64,000 nt of DNA from Candidatus Nitrospinota bacterium M3_3B_026 (GTDB lineage: Bacteria > Nitrospinota_A > UBA7883 > JBPRGF01): contig JBPRGF010000029.1 of the NCBI GenBank assembly GCA_051418015.1, forward strand, positions 96,001 to 160,000, given 5' to 3'. Below, piece by piece: positions 1 to 9,320 of this stretch. The notes under the pieces are model-generated. The model did no database searches. It saw nothing but the letters and a program-made list of their open reading frames with translations, and was not told where the DNA came from. The stretch's first letter is position 1, and every line of letters starts with the position of its first letter. Position numbers and translations under genes: made by a program.

Positions 1-3000
1 GGAACCACGTCGCCGTCTACGCCCTGGCGGTGATCATCACCGTGACGGGGCTCTACTCGTACATAACCCTGCCCAGGGAGGCCAGTCCGGACATCACCAT
101 CCCCTTCGTCATCGTCACCACCACCTACACCGGTGTCTCCCCTTCGGACGTCGAGACGCTCATAACCCGCGAGATAGAAAAAGAGCTGAAGAACATCGAG
201 AACATAAAGGAGATGCGCTCCTCGTCGCGGGAGGGCCTCTCCGCCATCACCGTGGAGTTCGACCCGTCGGAGGACATAGACAACGCCGTCCAGAAGGTCC
301 GGGACAAGGTGAGCGTGGCCAAGCCAAAGCTGCCCGCCGACGCCGACGAGCCGCAGGTGATGGAGATCAACTTCTCGAACATCCCCATCATGATCGTGAA
401 CGTCTCCGGCGCCTACGGCCTGCCCCGCCTGAAGCGGGCGGCGGAGGACCTGCAGGAGAAGATAGAGCAGGTCCCCGGCGTGCTGGACGTGGGGCTGGTG
501 GGGGGGATCGAGCGCGAGGTGCAGGTGGACGCGGACCCGGAGAGGCTGAGCTACTACGGGGTAAGCCTGGACGACGTGGCCGACGTGATCGCCCGGGAGA
601 ACGTCACCATCCCCGGCGGGTCCATGGACATCGGGCGGTACAAGTACCTGCTGCGCGCCCCGGGCCAGTTCGAAGACCCGGGCCTGATAAGCGGCCTGGC
701 GGTGAGATCGTCGGGCCACAACGCCGTTTATGTCCGCGACCTGGCGGACGTGCGGTTCGGTTTCAAGGAGTCGTCGTCATACGCCCGCCTGAACGGTGTG
801 GACTGCGTGAGCCTGACCGTCACCAAAAGGGCAGGCGAGAACATCATCGAGGTCTCCGACGCCGTGAAGGAGCTTGTGGAACGGGAGCTCCCCCTCCTGC
901 CTCGCGGCACGGACATAAAGATCACCGCCGACCAGAGCGAGATGACCAGGACGCTGATAGACGACCTGGAGAACAACATCCTCTCAGGGCTGGTCCTCGT
1001 GCTGGGGGTGATCTTCTTTTTCCTCGGGTTGCGGGTGGCCGTTTTCGTGGCGCTTTCGATCCCCTTCTCCCTGCTCATATCCTTTTTCGTCCTCTCGGCG
1101 CTGGGTTTTTCGCTGAACATGGTCGTCCTGTTCTCCCTTATCCTCGCCCTGGGGATGCTGGTGGACAACGCCGTCGTCATAGTGGAGAACATATACCGCC
1201 ACGCCGAGGAGGGCGCCCCGCCTGTGAGGGCCGCCGTCGAGGGGACGGCGGAGGTCGCCGCGCCGGTGGCCGCCTCCACCGTCACCACCCTGTGCGCCTT
1301 TTTGCCGATAATGTTCTGGCCGGGGATCATGGGCGAGTTCATGGTCTACCTGCCATACACGCTGACGATCACCCTGTCCGCGTCGCTTTTCGTGGCGCTG
1401 GTGATAAACCCCACCCTGTGCGCCACGATGCTGCGGGTGAAAGCCCACGGCAGGAAGATGGACGAGTTCGCCGACGAGGAGCTGGGGCCGCTGATGAGGC
1501 TTTATAAGGGGCTCCTTGTTTTCTCTCTCCGGCGGCGTGGGGCCACGTTCGCCGCCGCGGCGCTGACGCTGGCCATTGTCGCCGCGGTCTACGCCAGGAT
1601 GGGCCTTGGGGTGGAGTTTTTCCCGACGGTGGAGCCGAGCAAGATTTTCATCGACATAGAGACACCCACGGGGACGAACGTGGACACGACCGACGCCGTG
1701 GCCCGGAGCCTCGAGAAGATCGTGGAGAAAGCGCCCGACCTCGAGACCTACGTCACCAACGTCGGCGTCTCCACCGGTCAGTTCGACTTCGCCGGGCCGG
1801 GCGAGGGAGGGCCGAGCCATAAAAGCAGGATCGCCGTGGACTTTCTCGACCGGGAGGACAGGAGCCAGTCCACGGAGCTGACCCAGGACTGGATCAGGGG
1901 CGAGGCGGCGTGGATCGTCGGGGCGAAGGTGAGCATAGAGCCCGAGCGCATGGGCCCGCCGACGGGGCCGCCTGTGAACATAGAGATATCGGGCGACGAG
2001 TACGATATCCTGGCGGACCTGAGCCGGGAGATGGAGAGCCTGATAGCGGGGGTTCCCGGCGTTGTGGACATGGAGAACGACTACTCCGTGGGCCGCCCGG
2101 AGCTTACGATCAGGATCGACAGGGAGAGAGCCGCCTCTTACGGATTTTCCACCCGCGACGTGGCCGGAGACCTCAGGAGGGCCGTGTATGGGACCATCGC
2201 GGGAGTGTATCGCCAGGGCAAGGATGAGTACGACATCCGGGTCAGGCTGAAGGAGCGGAGCAGGGACAGCATCGAGGACCTGGAGGAATTGTTCATCAAG
2301 AAGGACGGCAAGTCCGTGCCTCTCTCCTCCGTGGCGAAGATCACCACGGCCTCCGGCTACAGCGACATCAGGCACATCGACCAGCGCCGCGTCGTAACCG
2401 TCTCCTCCAAGGTGGCAAGCTCCTACAACGCCAACGCCGTCCTGGAAAACGTGAAAAGGGCCGTGGGGTCGGAAATCTCTGTCCCCAATGGCTACAGGGT
2501 CGCCTACACCGGCCAGAACAAGGAGCAGCGGGAGGCGGAGGATTTTTTGAGCAAGGCGTTTGTGGGGGCGCTTTTGCTCATCGCCTTCGTGCTGATCTTC
2601 CAGTTCAACTCGTTCTCCACGCCGCTGATAATACTGTCGTCGGTGATCCTCTCCATGATCGGGGTGCTGATCGGCCTCATGGCGACGGGAACCCCCTTCG
2701 GGGTCATCATGACCGGCGTGGGGGTGATAAGCCTCGCCGGTGTCGTGGTGAACAACTCCATCGTGCTGCTGGACTACACGATACAACTGCGCCGCCGCGG
2801 CCTGCCGAAGACCACCGCCGTGATAACCGCCGGGATGACGCGCCTGCGCCCCGTGCTGCTGACGGCGATAACAACCATCCTGGGCCTGGCTCCCATGGCC
2901 ACAGGCGTCAGCTTCGACTTCAAGGATCTCGAATGGGTGATAGGGTCCGACTCGGCGGACTGGTGGGGGCCGATGGCGGTGGCGGTCGTCTTCGGCCTGG

Positions 3001-3137
3001 GGTTCGCCACGGTCCTCACGCTGGTCGTGACGCCCGCGCTCTATTCGCTGCTGGATTCGCTGGTGGCGCGGGGCGCCGGAGCGCCGCTCACAACGAACGG
3101 CGCCGCGCCGGGGGACCTGGAGGGGGATAAGGCCTAG
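1..3137 (+). CDS. RND efflux transporter permease, AcrB/AcrD/AcrF family (5' end lies just outside the window)
   Basis: Open frame from base 3; LPREASPDI start, GMLVDNAVVIVENI (TM4) and RLRPVLLTAITT (TM11) motifs; two periplasmic/TM halves. Confidence 0.95.
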   Translation, partial: NHVAVYALAVIITVTGLYSYITLPREASPDITIPFVIVTTTYTGVSPSDVETLITREIEKELKNIENIKEMRSSSREGLSAITVEFDPSEDIDNAVQKVRDKVSVAKPKLPADADEPQVMEINFSNIPIMIVNVSGAYGLPRLKRAAEDLQEKIEQVPGVLDVGLVGGIEREVQVDADPERLSYYGVSLDDVADVIARENVTIPGGSMDIGRYKYLLRAPGQFEDPGLISGLAVRSSGHNAVYVRDLADVRFGFKESSSYARLNGVDCVSLTVTKRAGENIIEVSDAVKELVERELPLLPRGTDIKITADQSEMTRTLIDDLENNILSGLVLVLGVIFFFLGLRVAVFVALSIPFSLLISFFVLSALGFSLNMVVLFSLILALGMLVDNAVVIVENIYRHAEEGAPPVRAAVEGTAEVAAPVAASTVTTLCAFLPIMFWPGIMGEFMVYLPYTLTITLSASLFVALVINPTLCATMLRVKAHGRKMDEFADEELGPLMRLYKGLLVFSLRRRGATFAAAALTLAIVAAVYARMGLGVEFFPTVEPSKIFIDIETPTGTNVDTTDAVARSLEKIVEKAPDLETYVTNVGVSTGQFDFAGPGEGGPSHKSRIAVDFLDREDRSQSTELTQDWIRGEAAWIVGAKVSIEPERMGPPTGPPVNIEISGDEYDILADLSREMESLIAGVPGVVDMENDYSVGRPELTIRIDRERAASYGFSTRDVAGDLRRAVYGTIAGVYRQGKDEYDIRVRLKERSRDSIEDLEELFIKKDGKSVPLSSVAKITTASGYSDIRHIDQRRVVTVSSKVASSYNANAVLENVKRAVGSEISVPNGYRVAYTGQNKEQREAEDFLSKAFVGALLLIAFVLIFQFNSFSTPLIILSSVILSMIGVLIGLMATGTPFGVIMTGVGVISLAGVVVNNSIVLLDYTIQLRRRGLPKTTAVITAGMTRLRPVLLTAITTILGLAPMATGVSFDFKDLEWVIGSDSADWWGPMAVAVVFGLGFATVLTLVVTPALYSLLDSLVARGAGAPLTTNGAAPGDLEGDKA

Positions 3138-3155
3138 CCGCCGCCTCGCTCTTTG

Positions 3156-3962
3156 TTACCTGGCCAGCGCCCGGCTCTCGTAGTCGTACTCGCTCTCGAA
3201 AAGGTGTGAGCTTATTATCCTGTCCGCCGTGGCCTGGTTGCAGGCGATGCCGACGTTGAACTGCACCGCGACGCGCAAAAGGGCCTTCACGTCCACGTCG
3301 TGGGGCTGGACGTCCCTTGTGGACCAGAAGAAAAACATGTAGTCCACACCCCCCTCCACGATCCTGGCGCCGACCTGGAAATCACCCCCGTCAGGCCCGG
3401 AGCGCGTCCCCTCCACCGGCAGGCCGGTTGCGGCGCGTATCCGCCCGGCCGTCGTCCCGGTCCCGAGCAGGGCGTGCCGGGAGAGGTTTTCGCTCCACCT
3501 GGAGCACCACTCGACCAGCTTCTCCTTCTCGCTGTCGTGGGCGATCAGCGCGACGTGTTTTTGGGCCTTGTCCATCTCCGGGAAATAACCCTCCGGGTTC
3601 GAGACCCTGCTGGCTATGATGTGGTCGGCGCTGTTGCGGTTGCAGGCCAGGGCTATGTTGTGATGGACCGCCACGCGGATCAGGGCCTTCACGTCCACGT
3701 CGTGGGCGTGGGCCACCTTCGGGTGCCAGAAGTAGATCAGCGTCCCTATGGCGCCGTCCGATATCAGCGCGCCGGTCTTCATCTCCCCGCCGTCCGCCCC
3801 GGAGCGGATGGTGATTATCTCGGCGGCCTCCGGCCTGTCGACGCTCGCCGGCACGTTCGTGTATATGACGTCTCTTGACAAAAGCTCCCTGTTGAACCAC
3901 CACCACTCCAGAAGATCCTTCTCTCTTCCGTCATGGGCTATGAGAGCAACTCCGTTTCTCAT
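3156..3962 (-). CDS. mgsA: Methylglyoxal synthase-like protein with two tandem MGS domains
   Basis: Two copies of VALIAHD...SGxDGG...FW...HDVDVKAL.R.AV..N...ACN...AD; only the C-terminal copy has TGTT and GGD. Confidence 0.85.
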   Translation of the reverse strand: MRNGVALIAHDGREKDLLEWWWFNRELLSRDVIYTNVPASVDRPEAAEIITIRSGADGGEMKTGALISDGAIGTLIYFWHPKVAHAHDVDVKALIRVAVHHNIALACNRNSADHIIASRVSNPEGYFPEMDKAQKHVALIAHDSEKEKLVEWCSRWSENLSRHALLGTGTTAGRIRAATGLPVEGTRSGPDGGDFQVGARIVEGGVDYMFFFWSTRDVQPHDVDVKALLRVAVQFNVGIACNQATADRIISSHLFESEYDYESRALAR

Positions 3963-4048
3963 CTTCTATCTTAACTCCATTAAAAATGTATACCATTTCA
4001 TAATACGTCCTATACGGGACGCAAAGTTGTTTATTTTCGATTAATTTT

Positions 4049-4210
4049 CCCCTCCCTTGACGGGAGGGTTTTTGAGGCAGGGGTCCGAAACCGGTATGAG
4101 CCAGCGGCAGCCAACAACTATCCCCTCCCCTTGCGGGAGGGGATAGAGGGGAGGGGGTATGAATAAATCATATCACCCAGTGCCCACCTCGATCCTCGTC
4201 AAAGGGGGAG
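4049..4210. repeat. CCCCTCCC/GGGAGGGG palindromic repeat family (degenerate copies)
   Basis: ccctcccttgacgggaggg and tcccctccccttgcgggaggggatagaggggagggggt; similar to copies at 19519, 21181, 28538 and 34497. Confidence 0.7.
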
Positions 4211-4400
4211 AACATAAAAGCGAGAAAATCTCTATTAGCGCGGCGTCGCGCTTTTGCTCCACCCTTTAACCGGGAATGTGGGTTAATTTTCGGCGGGGCG
4301 GGGACGCCGGAGGCGGCATGGGGGGAAGAAGACCTAGCCGTCGCCTTCCCCGGCGGGAGAGGGGTAACTATTCAGATTGACTCAAGCGTTAGTTTGCCAC

Positions 4401-4991
4401 TCAATATGGTGCTGAATCATGGACTTCTTTCGCCAATTCCCCGAGCTTTTTTGCCATATCAGGGAAGCGGTCTCTCGTTTTCAACCATGACCCAGCGCTA
4501 CCGATTCTTTGTTGGCCAATAGCCGATTTTGCAGCTCTTTTTGACTGGTGGCTTTCGTGTGTCGCATAATTCCTTAGCGCACATAATCTTCCTAACGTAT
4601 CTTTGTACTTATTTTTCATGACAATTTTTACTAGGTAATGATCATCAGGAACATATTTTTTTAAAGTTTTGATTAGCCCATCTCTCCCTTTGAAATCGAA
4701 ATAACCGTCTCCCAGTATCAAATATTGACACACCTCATCGGTTAGATGTGCAGGGAAAATGACACCGGTGACCTCGGAAATCGTGTTAGTGTCGTTATTG
4801 ATTGCACCGACGATTCCAGCCAACATCATTTGTTCAAATTCACGATATAATCTGATTACTGCGTAATCGTGGCACCATGACTTATGTTCGTCAGACATAG
4901 GAGAAATAGATTCGCGCAGAAACGAATCTAGATCTTTTATTTTTGAGATGAAATCATTCGCTGATTTCTTAATGCTCTTCTTTCTTGACAC
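4401..4991 (-). CDS. Hypothetical protein, putative HEPN-superfamily RNase (AT-rich, likely horizontally acquired)
   Basis: GTG start preceded by AAGGAG; Rx4H motif RNYATH near the C-terminus and an upstream IRLYREFE helix; markedly lower GC than flanks. Confidence 0.6.
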   Translation of the reverse strand: MSRKKSIKKSANDFISKIKDLDSFLRESISPMSDEHKSWCHDYAVIRLYREFEQMMLAGIVGAINNDTNTISEVTGVIFPAHLTDEVCQYLILGDGYFDFKGRDGLIKTLKKYVPDDHYLVKIVMKNKYKDTLGRLCALRNYATHESHQSKRAAKSAIGQQRIGSAGSWLKTRDRFPDMAKKLGELAKEVHDSAPY

Positions 4992-5186
4992 CTCTAGCTC
5001 CTTTCCTTGCTAACATATCCTAGAAAAATAGCTGCTGGTTGAGTCGCCATTCCAGCAGGCACATCTCTCCGCCATTGTGAACTATGGAGCTATTCCCTTT
5101 CCCGTATATCATAATTGCTAAGCTCCGGCAATATTAATACCAGTATATACTAAACTCTTTTGGGGAATATGTTTGTTGGAAAGTAA

Positions 5187-5326
5187 TAACCTCTGAAAAA
5201 GCCTGAAGCCTGTCATTGCGAGCAAAGCGAAGCAATCTTGAGACACGAGATTTCAAGACATTGGAGATTGCCGCGTCGCCTGCGGCTCCTCGCAATGACG
5301 AGAAATGAGGCCTTTTTCAGAGGTTA
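5187..5326. mobile_element. MITE-like element with 15-bp terminal inverted repeats enclosing a GTCATTGCGAG/CTCGCAATGAC palindrome
   Basis: taacctctgaaaaag (5187-5201) is the exact reverse complement of ctttttcagaggtta (5312-5326); internal stems gtcattgcgag/ctcgcaatgac and gcaatc/gattgc; begins and ends in TA. Confidence 0.6.
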
Positions 5327-5434
5327 CAACATTAGTTGAGCCTACCCCGCTTTTGCCGTGACGGGGAAACCGCATGAGCTGGGCGGGATCGACCCGCATT
5401 TTCAGGCAGGGGCCATTAGACCATCAAGGTCTGT

Positions 5435-7774
5435 TTAGTTATACGACTCCACGTCGCCGGTGTCGCGGACGTAGACCTCGCGCGGTTTGGCGCCGTCGGC
5501 GGGGCCGACGAGGCCCTGTTTCTCCATGATCTCCACGATCCTGGCGGCGCGGTTGTAGCCGATCCTCAGCCGGCGCTGGATCATCGATATCGACGCCTGG
5601 CGCGTGCGGGCGACAAGCTCCACCGCCTGGTCGTAGAACTCGTCCATATCTTCCTCCAGGGCATCCTCGGCCTCCTCGGCCTGGGGCTTTAGAATCTCCT
5701 CGTTGTAGACGGGCTCGCTCTGTCCTTTCAGGAACTTGACCACCCTGTGTATCTCCGCGTCGGAGACGAAGGGGCCCTGGATGCGGCGCAGGTCGGAGCC
5801 GGGGGGGAGGTAGAGCATATCGCCCTTGCCGAGCAGCTTCTCGGCGCCCATGGAGTCTATGATCGTGCGGGAGTCGACCCGTGAGCGGACCTGGAAGGAT
5901 ATGCGGGCCGGGAAGTTGGCCTTGATGAGCCCCGTCAGCACGTCCACGCTGGGCCGCTGGGTGGCCACGATCAGGTGTATCCCCGCCGCGCGGGCCATCT
6001 GCGCCACCCGGGCCAGGGCGTCCTCCACCTCCTTGGAGGCGATCATCATCAGGTCGGCCAGCTCGTCTATCACCACCACGATGTAGGGCAGCTTTTCCGG
6101 CAGCGGCTCCGGCGCGTCCTCCTCACCGGCGGCCGGGCGGCGTCTTGCGGCCCTGTCCGGCCTTTCCCGGATCATCCTGTTGTAGCTTTCGATGTTTCTG
6201 ACCCCAAGCTCGGAGAGGACCGCGTAGCGCCGCTCCATCTCCGCCACCACCCAGCGCAGGGCGTTGGCGGCCTTCTTGGGGTTGGTCACCACCGGGGCGA
6301 TAAGATGCGGGATACCGTCGTATATGGAAAGCTCCAGCATCTTCGGGTCGATCATGATGAACTTCACGTCCGACGGCGCGGCGCGATAGAGGATGGACAA
6401 CACCATCGCGTTTATCCCCACGCTCTTGCCGGAGCCGGTGGAGCCTGCTATCAGCAGGTGCGGTATCCTCGAAAGGTCCTCCACTATCGGCCTGCCGGTC
6501 ACGTCCCTGCCCAGGGTAAGCGGTATCTTCGCGTCGGAGCGCTGGTACTCCTCGCTGGAAAGAAGCTCCTTCAAAAAGACCGACTCCCTGTGCACGTTGG
6601 GAACCTCTATCCCCACAACCGGTTTGCCGGGAACGGGCGCCAGAATGCGCACCGACATCGCCCGCAGGCTCATGGCGAGGTCGTCGGCCAGGCTCACTAT
6701 CCTCGAAACCTTCACCCCCGGCGCCGGCTCGAACTCGAATATCGTGATGACCGGCCCTGGCAGAACCTGCGTCACCCGCCCCTCTATGCCGAAGTCCAGA
6801 AGCTTCTTTTCGAGTATCCGGGAGCTTTTCAGGAGGTCGTCCTTCGACCGGCGGACGGAGACGTTCGGGGCGGAGTCCAGCAGCTTCAACGAAGGGAACT
6901 CGTAGTCGCCCCGGTCCGCGCCGAACCTGAATATCTCCTGCTGAAAGTTTTCAGGCTCGCCGGAAGGTTTTTTGTCCCCGCCGATCTCAAGCCGTCCCGG
7001 CGGCAGCGGCGGCGGCTCCTCGGGGGCGAAGTCCACGATGTCCGGGGCGAAAACCTCTCCCCCGGCGCCTGTCCCGTCCCCGGCGCGCTCCTTCTCGCGT
7101 ATCCTGCTCTTTTTTTGTCTTACCCTGCGTTCCTCCTCGGTCTCCATCAGGATCGGTATCCTGATCCGCGCAAGCCACAAAAGCCCCCGCCAGGCCATCC
7201 GCCCGGCGGCGGCGGCCCATCTCGGGGTCACAGAGACGGCCCGGCCAAGACCATCGACGGCGGATGAAACCGGCGTCCTGGTCATGAGAAGAAGGGAGAC
7301 CAGAAAAAGCGATGAAAGTATCACGTATGACCCGTAAACCGCGAACCATGGCGCCATCGCCCGCTCCGCGACCACCTGCCCCAGCATCCCGCCGGAGGCG
7401 ACGCCGCCGAAGAGGGGATCCTCCGCCCAGTGGATATGAATAATCGCCGACGTGGAGAAGGCGAAAAGCGCAAGGCCGGAGACGAACACGGCCACAGACC
7501 ACGCCCCCGCGCCGAACAGAAGCGAAAAACCGATGTAAAAAAGACCAGCCGGCGCCGCCCAGGCCACGGACCCGGCGGCCTGGGCCGCAAGGTCGGCCAC
7601 CGTCGCGCCCATTATGCCGGCGTAGTTTTTCACCTGCGCCCCGCCGGAAAGATAGCTGTTGAAGGAAGGATCGCCCGGGTTGTAGCTTGCAAGACTCAGC
7701 CCGAGCAGAGACGCGACCGCTATCAGAAGAACCCCGCCAGCCTCTCGTATCACACCCGTTCTCGACGGCGTCAC
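5435..7774 (-). CDS. ftsK: DNA translocase FtsK
   Basis: N-terminal 4TM region, PHLLIAGSTGSGKS Walker A, IDELADLM Walker B, ATQRPSVDV, gamma domain SISMIQRRLRIGYNRAAR. Confidence 0.97.
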   Translation of the reverse strand: MTPSRTGVIREAGGVLLIAVASLLGLSLASYNPGDPSFNSYLSGGAQVKNYAGIMGATVADLAAQAAGSVAWAAPAGLFYIGFSLLFGAGAWSVAVFVSGLALFAFSTSAIIHIHWAEDPLFGGVASGGMLGQVVAERAMAPWFAVYGSYVILSSLFLVSLLLMTRTPVSSAVDGLGRAVSVTPRWAAAAGRMAWRGLLWLARIRIPILMETEEERRVRQKKSRIREKERAGDGTGAGGEVFAPDIVDFAPEEPPPLPPGRLEIGGDKKPSGEPENFQQEIFRFGADRGDYEFPSLKLLDSAPNVSVRRSKDDLLKSSRILEKKLLDFGIEGRVTQVLPGPVITIFEFEPAPGVKVSRIVSLADDLAMSLRAMSVRILAPVPGKPVVGIEVPNVHRESVFLKELLSSEEYQRSDAKIPLTLGRDVTGRPIVEDLSRIPHLLIAGSTGSGKSVGINAMVLSILYRAAPSDVKFIMIDPKMLELSIYDGIPHLIAPVVTNPKKAANALRWVVAEMERRYAVLSELGVRNIESYNRMIRERPDRAARRRPAAGEEDAPEPLPEKLPYIVVVIDELADLMMIASKEVEDALARVAQMARAAGIHLIVATQRPSVDVLTGLIKANFPARISFQVRSRVDSRTIIDSMGAEKLLGKGDMLYLPPGSDLRRIQGPFVSDAEIHRVVKFLKGQSEPVYNEEILKPQAEEAEDALEEDMDEFYDQAVELVARTRQASISMIQRRLRIGYNRAARIVEIMEKQGLVGPADGAKPREVYVRDTGDVESYN

Positions 7775-7970
7775 GGAACCACCTTAAAGCCGCTGTTTAA
7801 CTTATGACGTATAATTATCTGAAATATAACATAGAAAGTTTTCGCCTGACAAGAGGATTGTGGATAGCGTGGAATTTTTTCGTTTTTATGTCCCCCCCCC
7901 TTGTAAAGGTGGAGAAAAAAGCAGGCTCCGGACCCCCACCTCAAAAACCCTTTCGCCGGGGGAGATTAAC

Positions 7971-8075
7971 TGTCATTCTGAGGCCCTTCGGCTTCGCTCA
8001 GGGTAAACTCCGCCAAAGAATTCCGTTGGGCATGGCAAAGGCGGACGGGATGCTTCGCTGGCGCTCAGCATGACA
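7971..8075. repeat. TGTCATnCTGA/TCAGnATGACA palindromic (REP-like) repeat
   Basis: tgtcattctgagg...gctcagcatgaca inverted arms. Confidence 0.8.
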
Positions 8076-8155
8076 CTGCGGGTCAACGTTCACTCCCGCT
8101 TGGGGAGGGGAAAATTAAAAAAGCATATCCGGGAATCAGGGGGTTTTTCCCTTGC

Positions 8156-8186
8156 TTGACACCAAAGATCGGGAAGGTGGTAAAAT
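8156..8186 (+). promoter_or_regulatory. Putative sigma70 promoter of the phoH operon
   Basis: TTGACA (8156-8161), 19-nt spacer, extended -10 TG-G-TAAAAT (hexamer at 8181-8186). Confidence 0.4.
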
Positions 8187-8309
8187 TTCCATAAGTATGA
8201 GCGTGACAGCGGCCGTGTTCGAGGCCATCTTCATAACGGGGCGCGAGCTTTCCGCCGGACCCGCGAGCGGGCGCGCCCACAGCCTCCGGGCGGCCTGTCC
8301 TGGTGTGAC

Positions 8310-9320
8310 TTGACCCGGGATCAGAGCGAAATGACGGAGCTTGCCCTGGAGTCCGGCCCCGCCCTCCAGGATATCGCCGGAGTAGGCGACCGCAACCTGC
8401 GCCGCATCGAGAAATGGTTCGGGGTAAGCATAGTCGTCCGCGGCGGCCAGATACACGTCCGCGGCGGTGAAGAGAGCGTCCGGCATGTGGAGAGCCTGCT
8501 GTCGCAGCTTTTCGAGCTTTTCGAGGCCGGGCAGGACCTGAACAACGGCGCGCTGAAGTTCATCATCCCCGCCTTCCACGACGACCCCACGATAAAGATA
8601 AAGGACATCTTCTCGGAGAAGATACACCTGACCACCGCCCGGGCGGACATAGTCCCCCGCTCCGTCACGCAGAAGGAGTACGTCTTCGCCATGAGCCGGT
8701 TCGACATAGTGCTGGCCATAGGCCCCGCCGGGACGGGGAAGACATACCTCGCGATGGCCTGCGCCGTCTCGGATCTTCTGCGAAAGAGGGTGAGCAGGAT
8801 CATCCTGACCCGTCCCGCCGTGGAGGCGGGCGAGAAGCTGGGTTTTCTGCCGGGCGACCTTTATGAGAAGATAAACCCCTACCTGCGCCCGTTGCATGAC
8901 GCCCTGTTCGACATGCTGGAGGCCGACAGGGTGAACAGGATGATCGAACAGGGGCTTATCGAGATAGCCCCCCTGGCCTACATGCGCGGGCGGACGCTCA
9001 ACGACGCCTTCATAATCCTGGACGAGGCGCAGAACGCCACGCCGGACCAGATGAAGATGCTGCTGACGAGGCTGGGGCTGAACTCCAAGGCGGTGATAAC
9101 GGGAGACATCACACAGATTGACCTGCCCTCCAAGGCCGAGTCCGGTTTGGTGCACGTCAAGAAGGTGCTCAAGGACATACCCGGAATAAGGTTCATCACC
9201 TTCACCGAGCGCGACGTTGTGCGCCACGAGCTGGTAAAAAGGATCCTGAAAGCCTACGAGGACGACACGCGCGGCAAGAGGGGGCAGGAGGGGGAGACCC
9301 CGGAGGAGGCCGGACAATGA
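8310..9320 (+). CDS. phoH: PhoH-family ATPase (YbeZ-like); start may be ATG 8331
   Basis: GPAGTGKTYLA, RPAVEAGEKLGFLPG, MRGRTL, LDEAQN, GDITQIDL motifs. Confidence 0.96.
   Translation: MTRDQSEMTELALESGPALQDIAGVGDRNLRRIEKWFGVSIVVRGGQIHVRGGEESVRHVESLLSQLFELFEAGQDLNNGALKFIIPAFHDDPTIKIKDIFSEKIHLTTARADIVPRSVTQKEYVFAMSRFDIVLAIGPAGTGKTYLAMACAVSDLLRKRVSRIILTRPAVEAGEKLGFLPGDLYEKINPYLRPLHDALFDMLEADRVNRMIEQGLIEIAPLAYMRGRTLNDAFIILDEAQNATPDQMKMLLTRLGLNSKAVITGDITQIDLPSKAESGLVHVKKVLKDIPGIRFITFTERDVVRHELVKRILKAYEDDTRGKRGQEGETPEEAGQ

Noticed and set aside
984..2786. Long antisense ORFs (also 9959-11878, 24661-26676, 29705-31684, 35784-37607 and others)
   Set aside because: Shadow frames of well-supported genes in high-GC DNA; no recognisable motifs
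4211..4380. Structured GC-rich intergenic stretch as an ncRNA or riboswitch
   Set aside because: No recognisable tRNA or riboswitch consensus; an Rfam search would be needed
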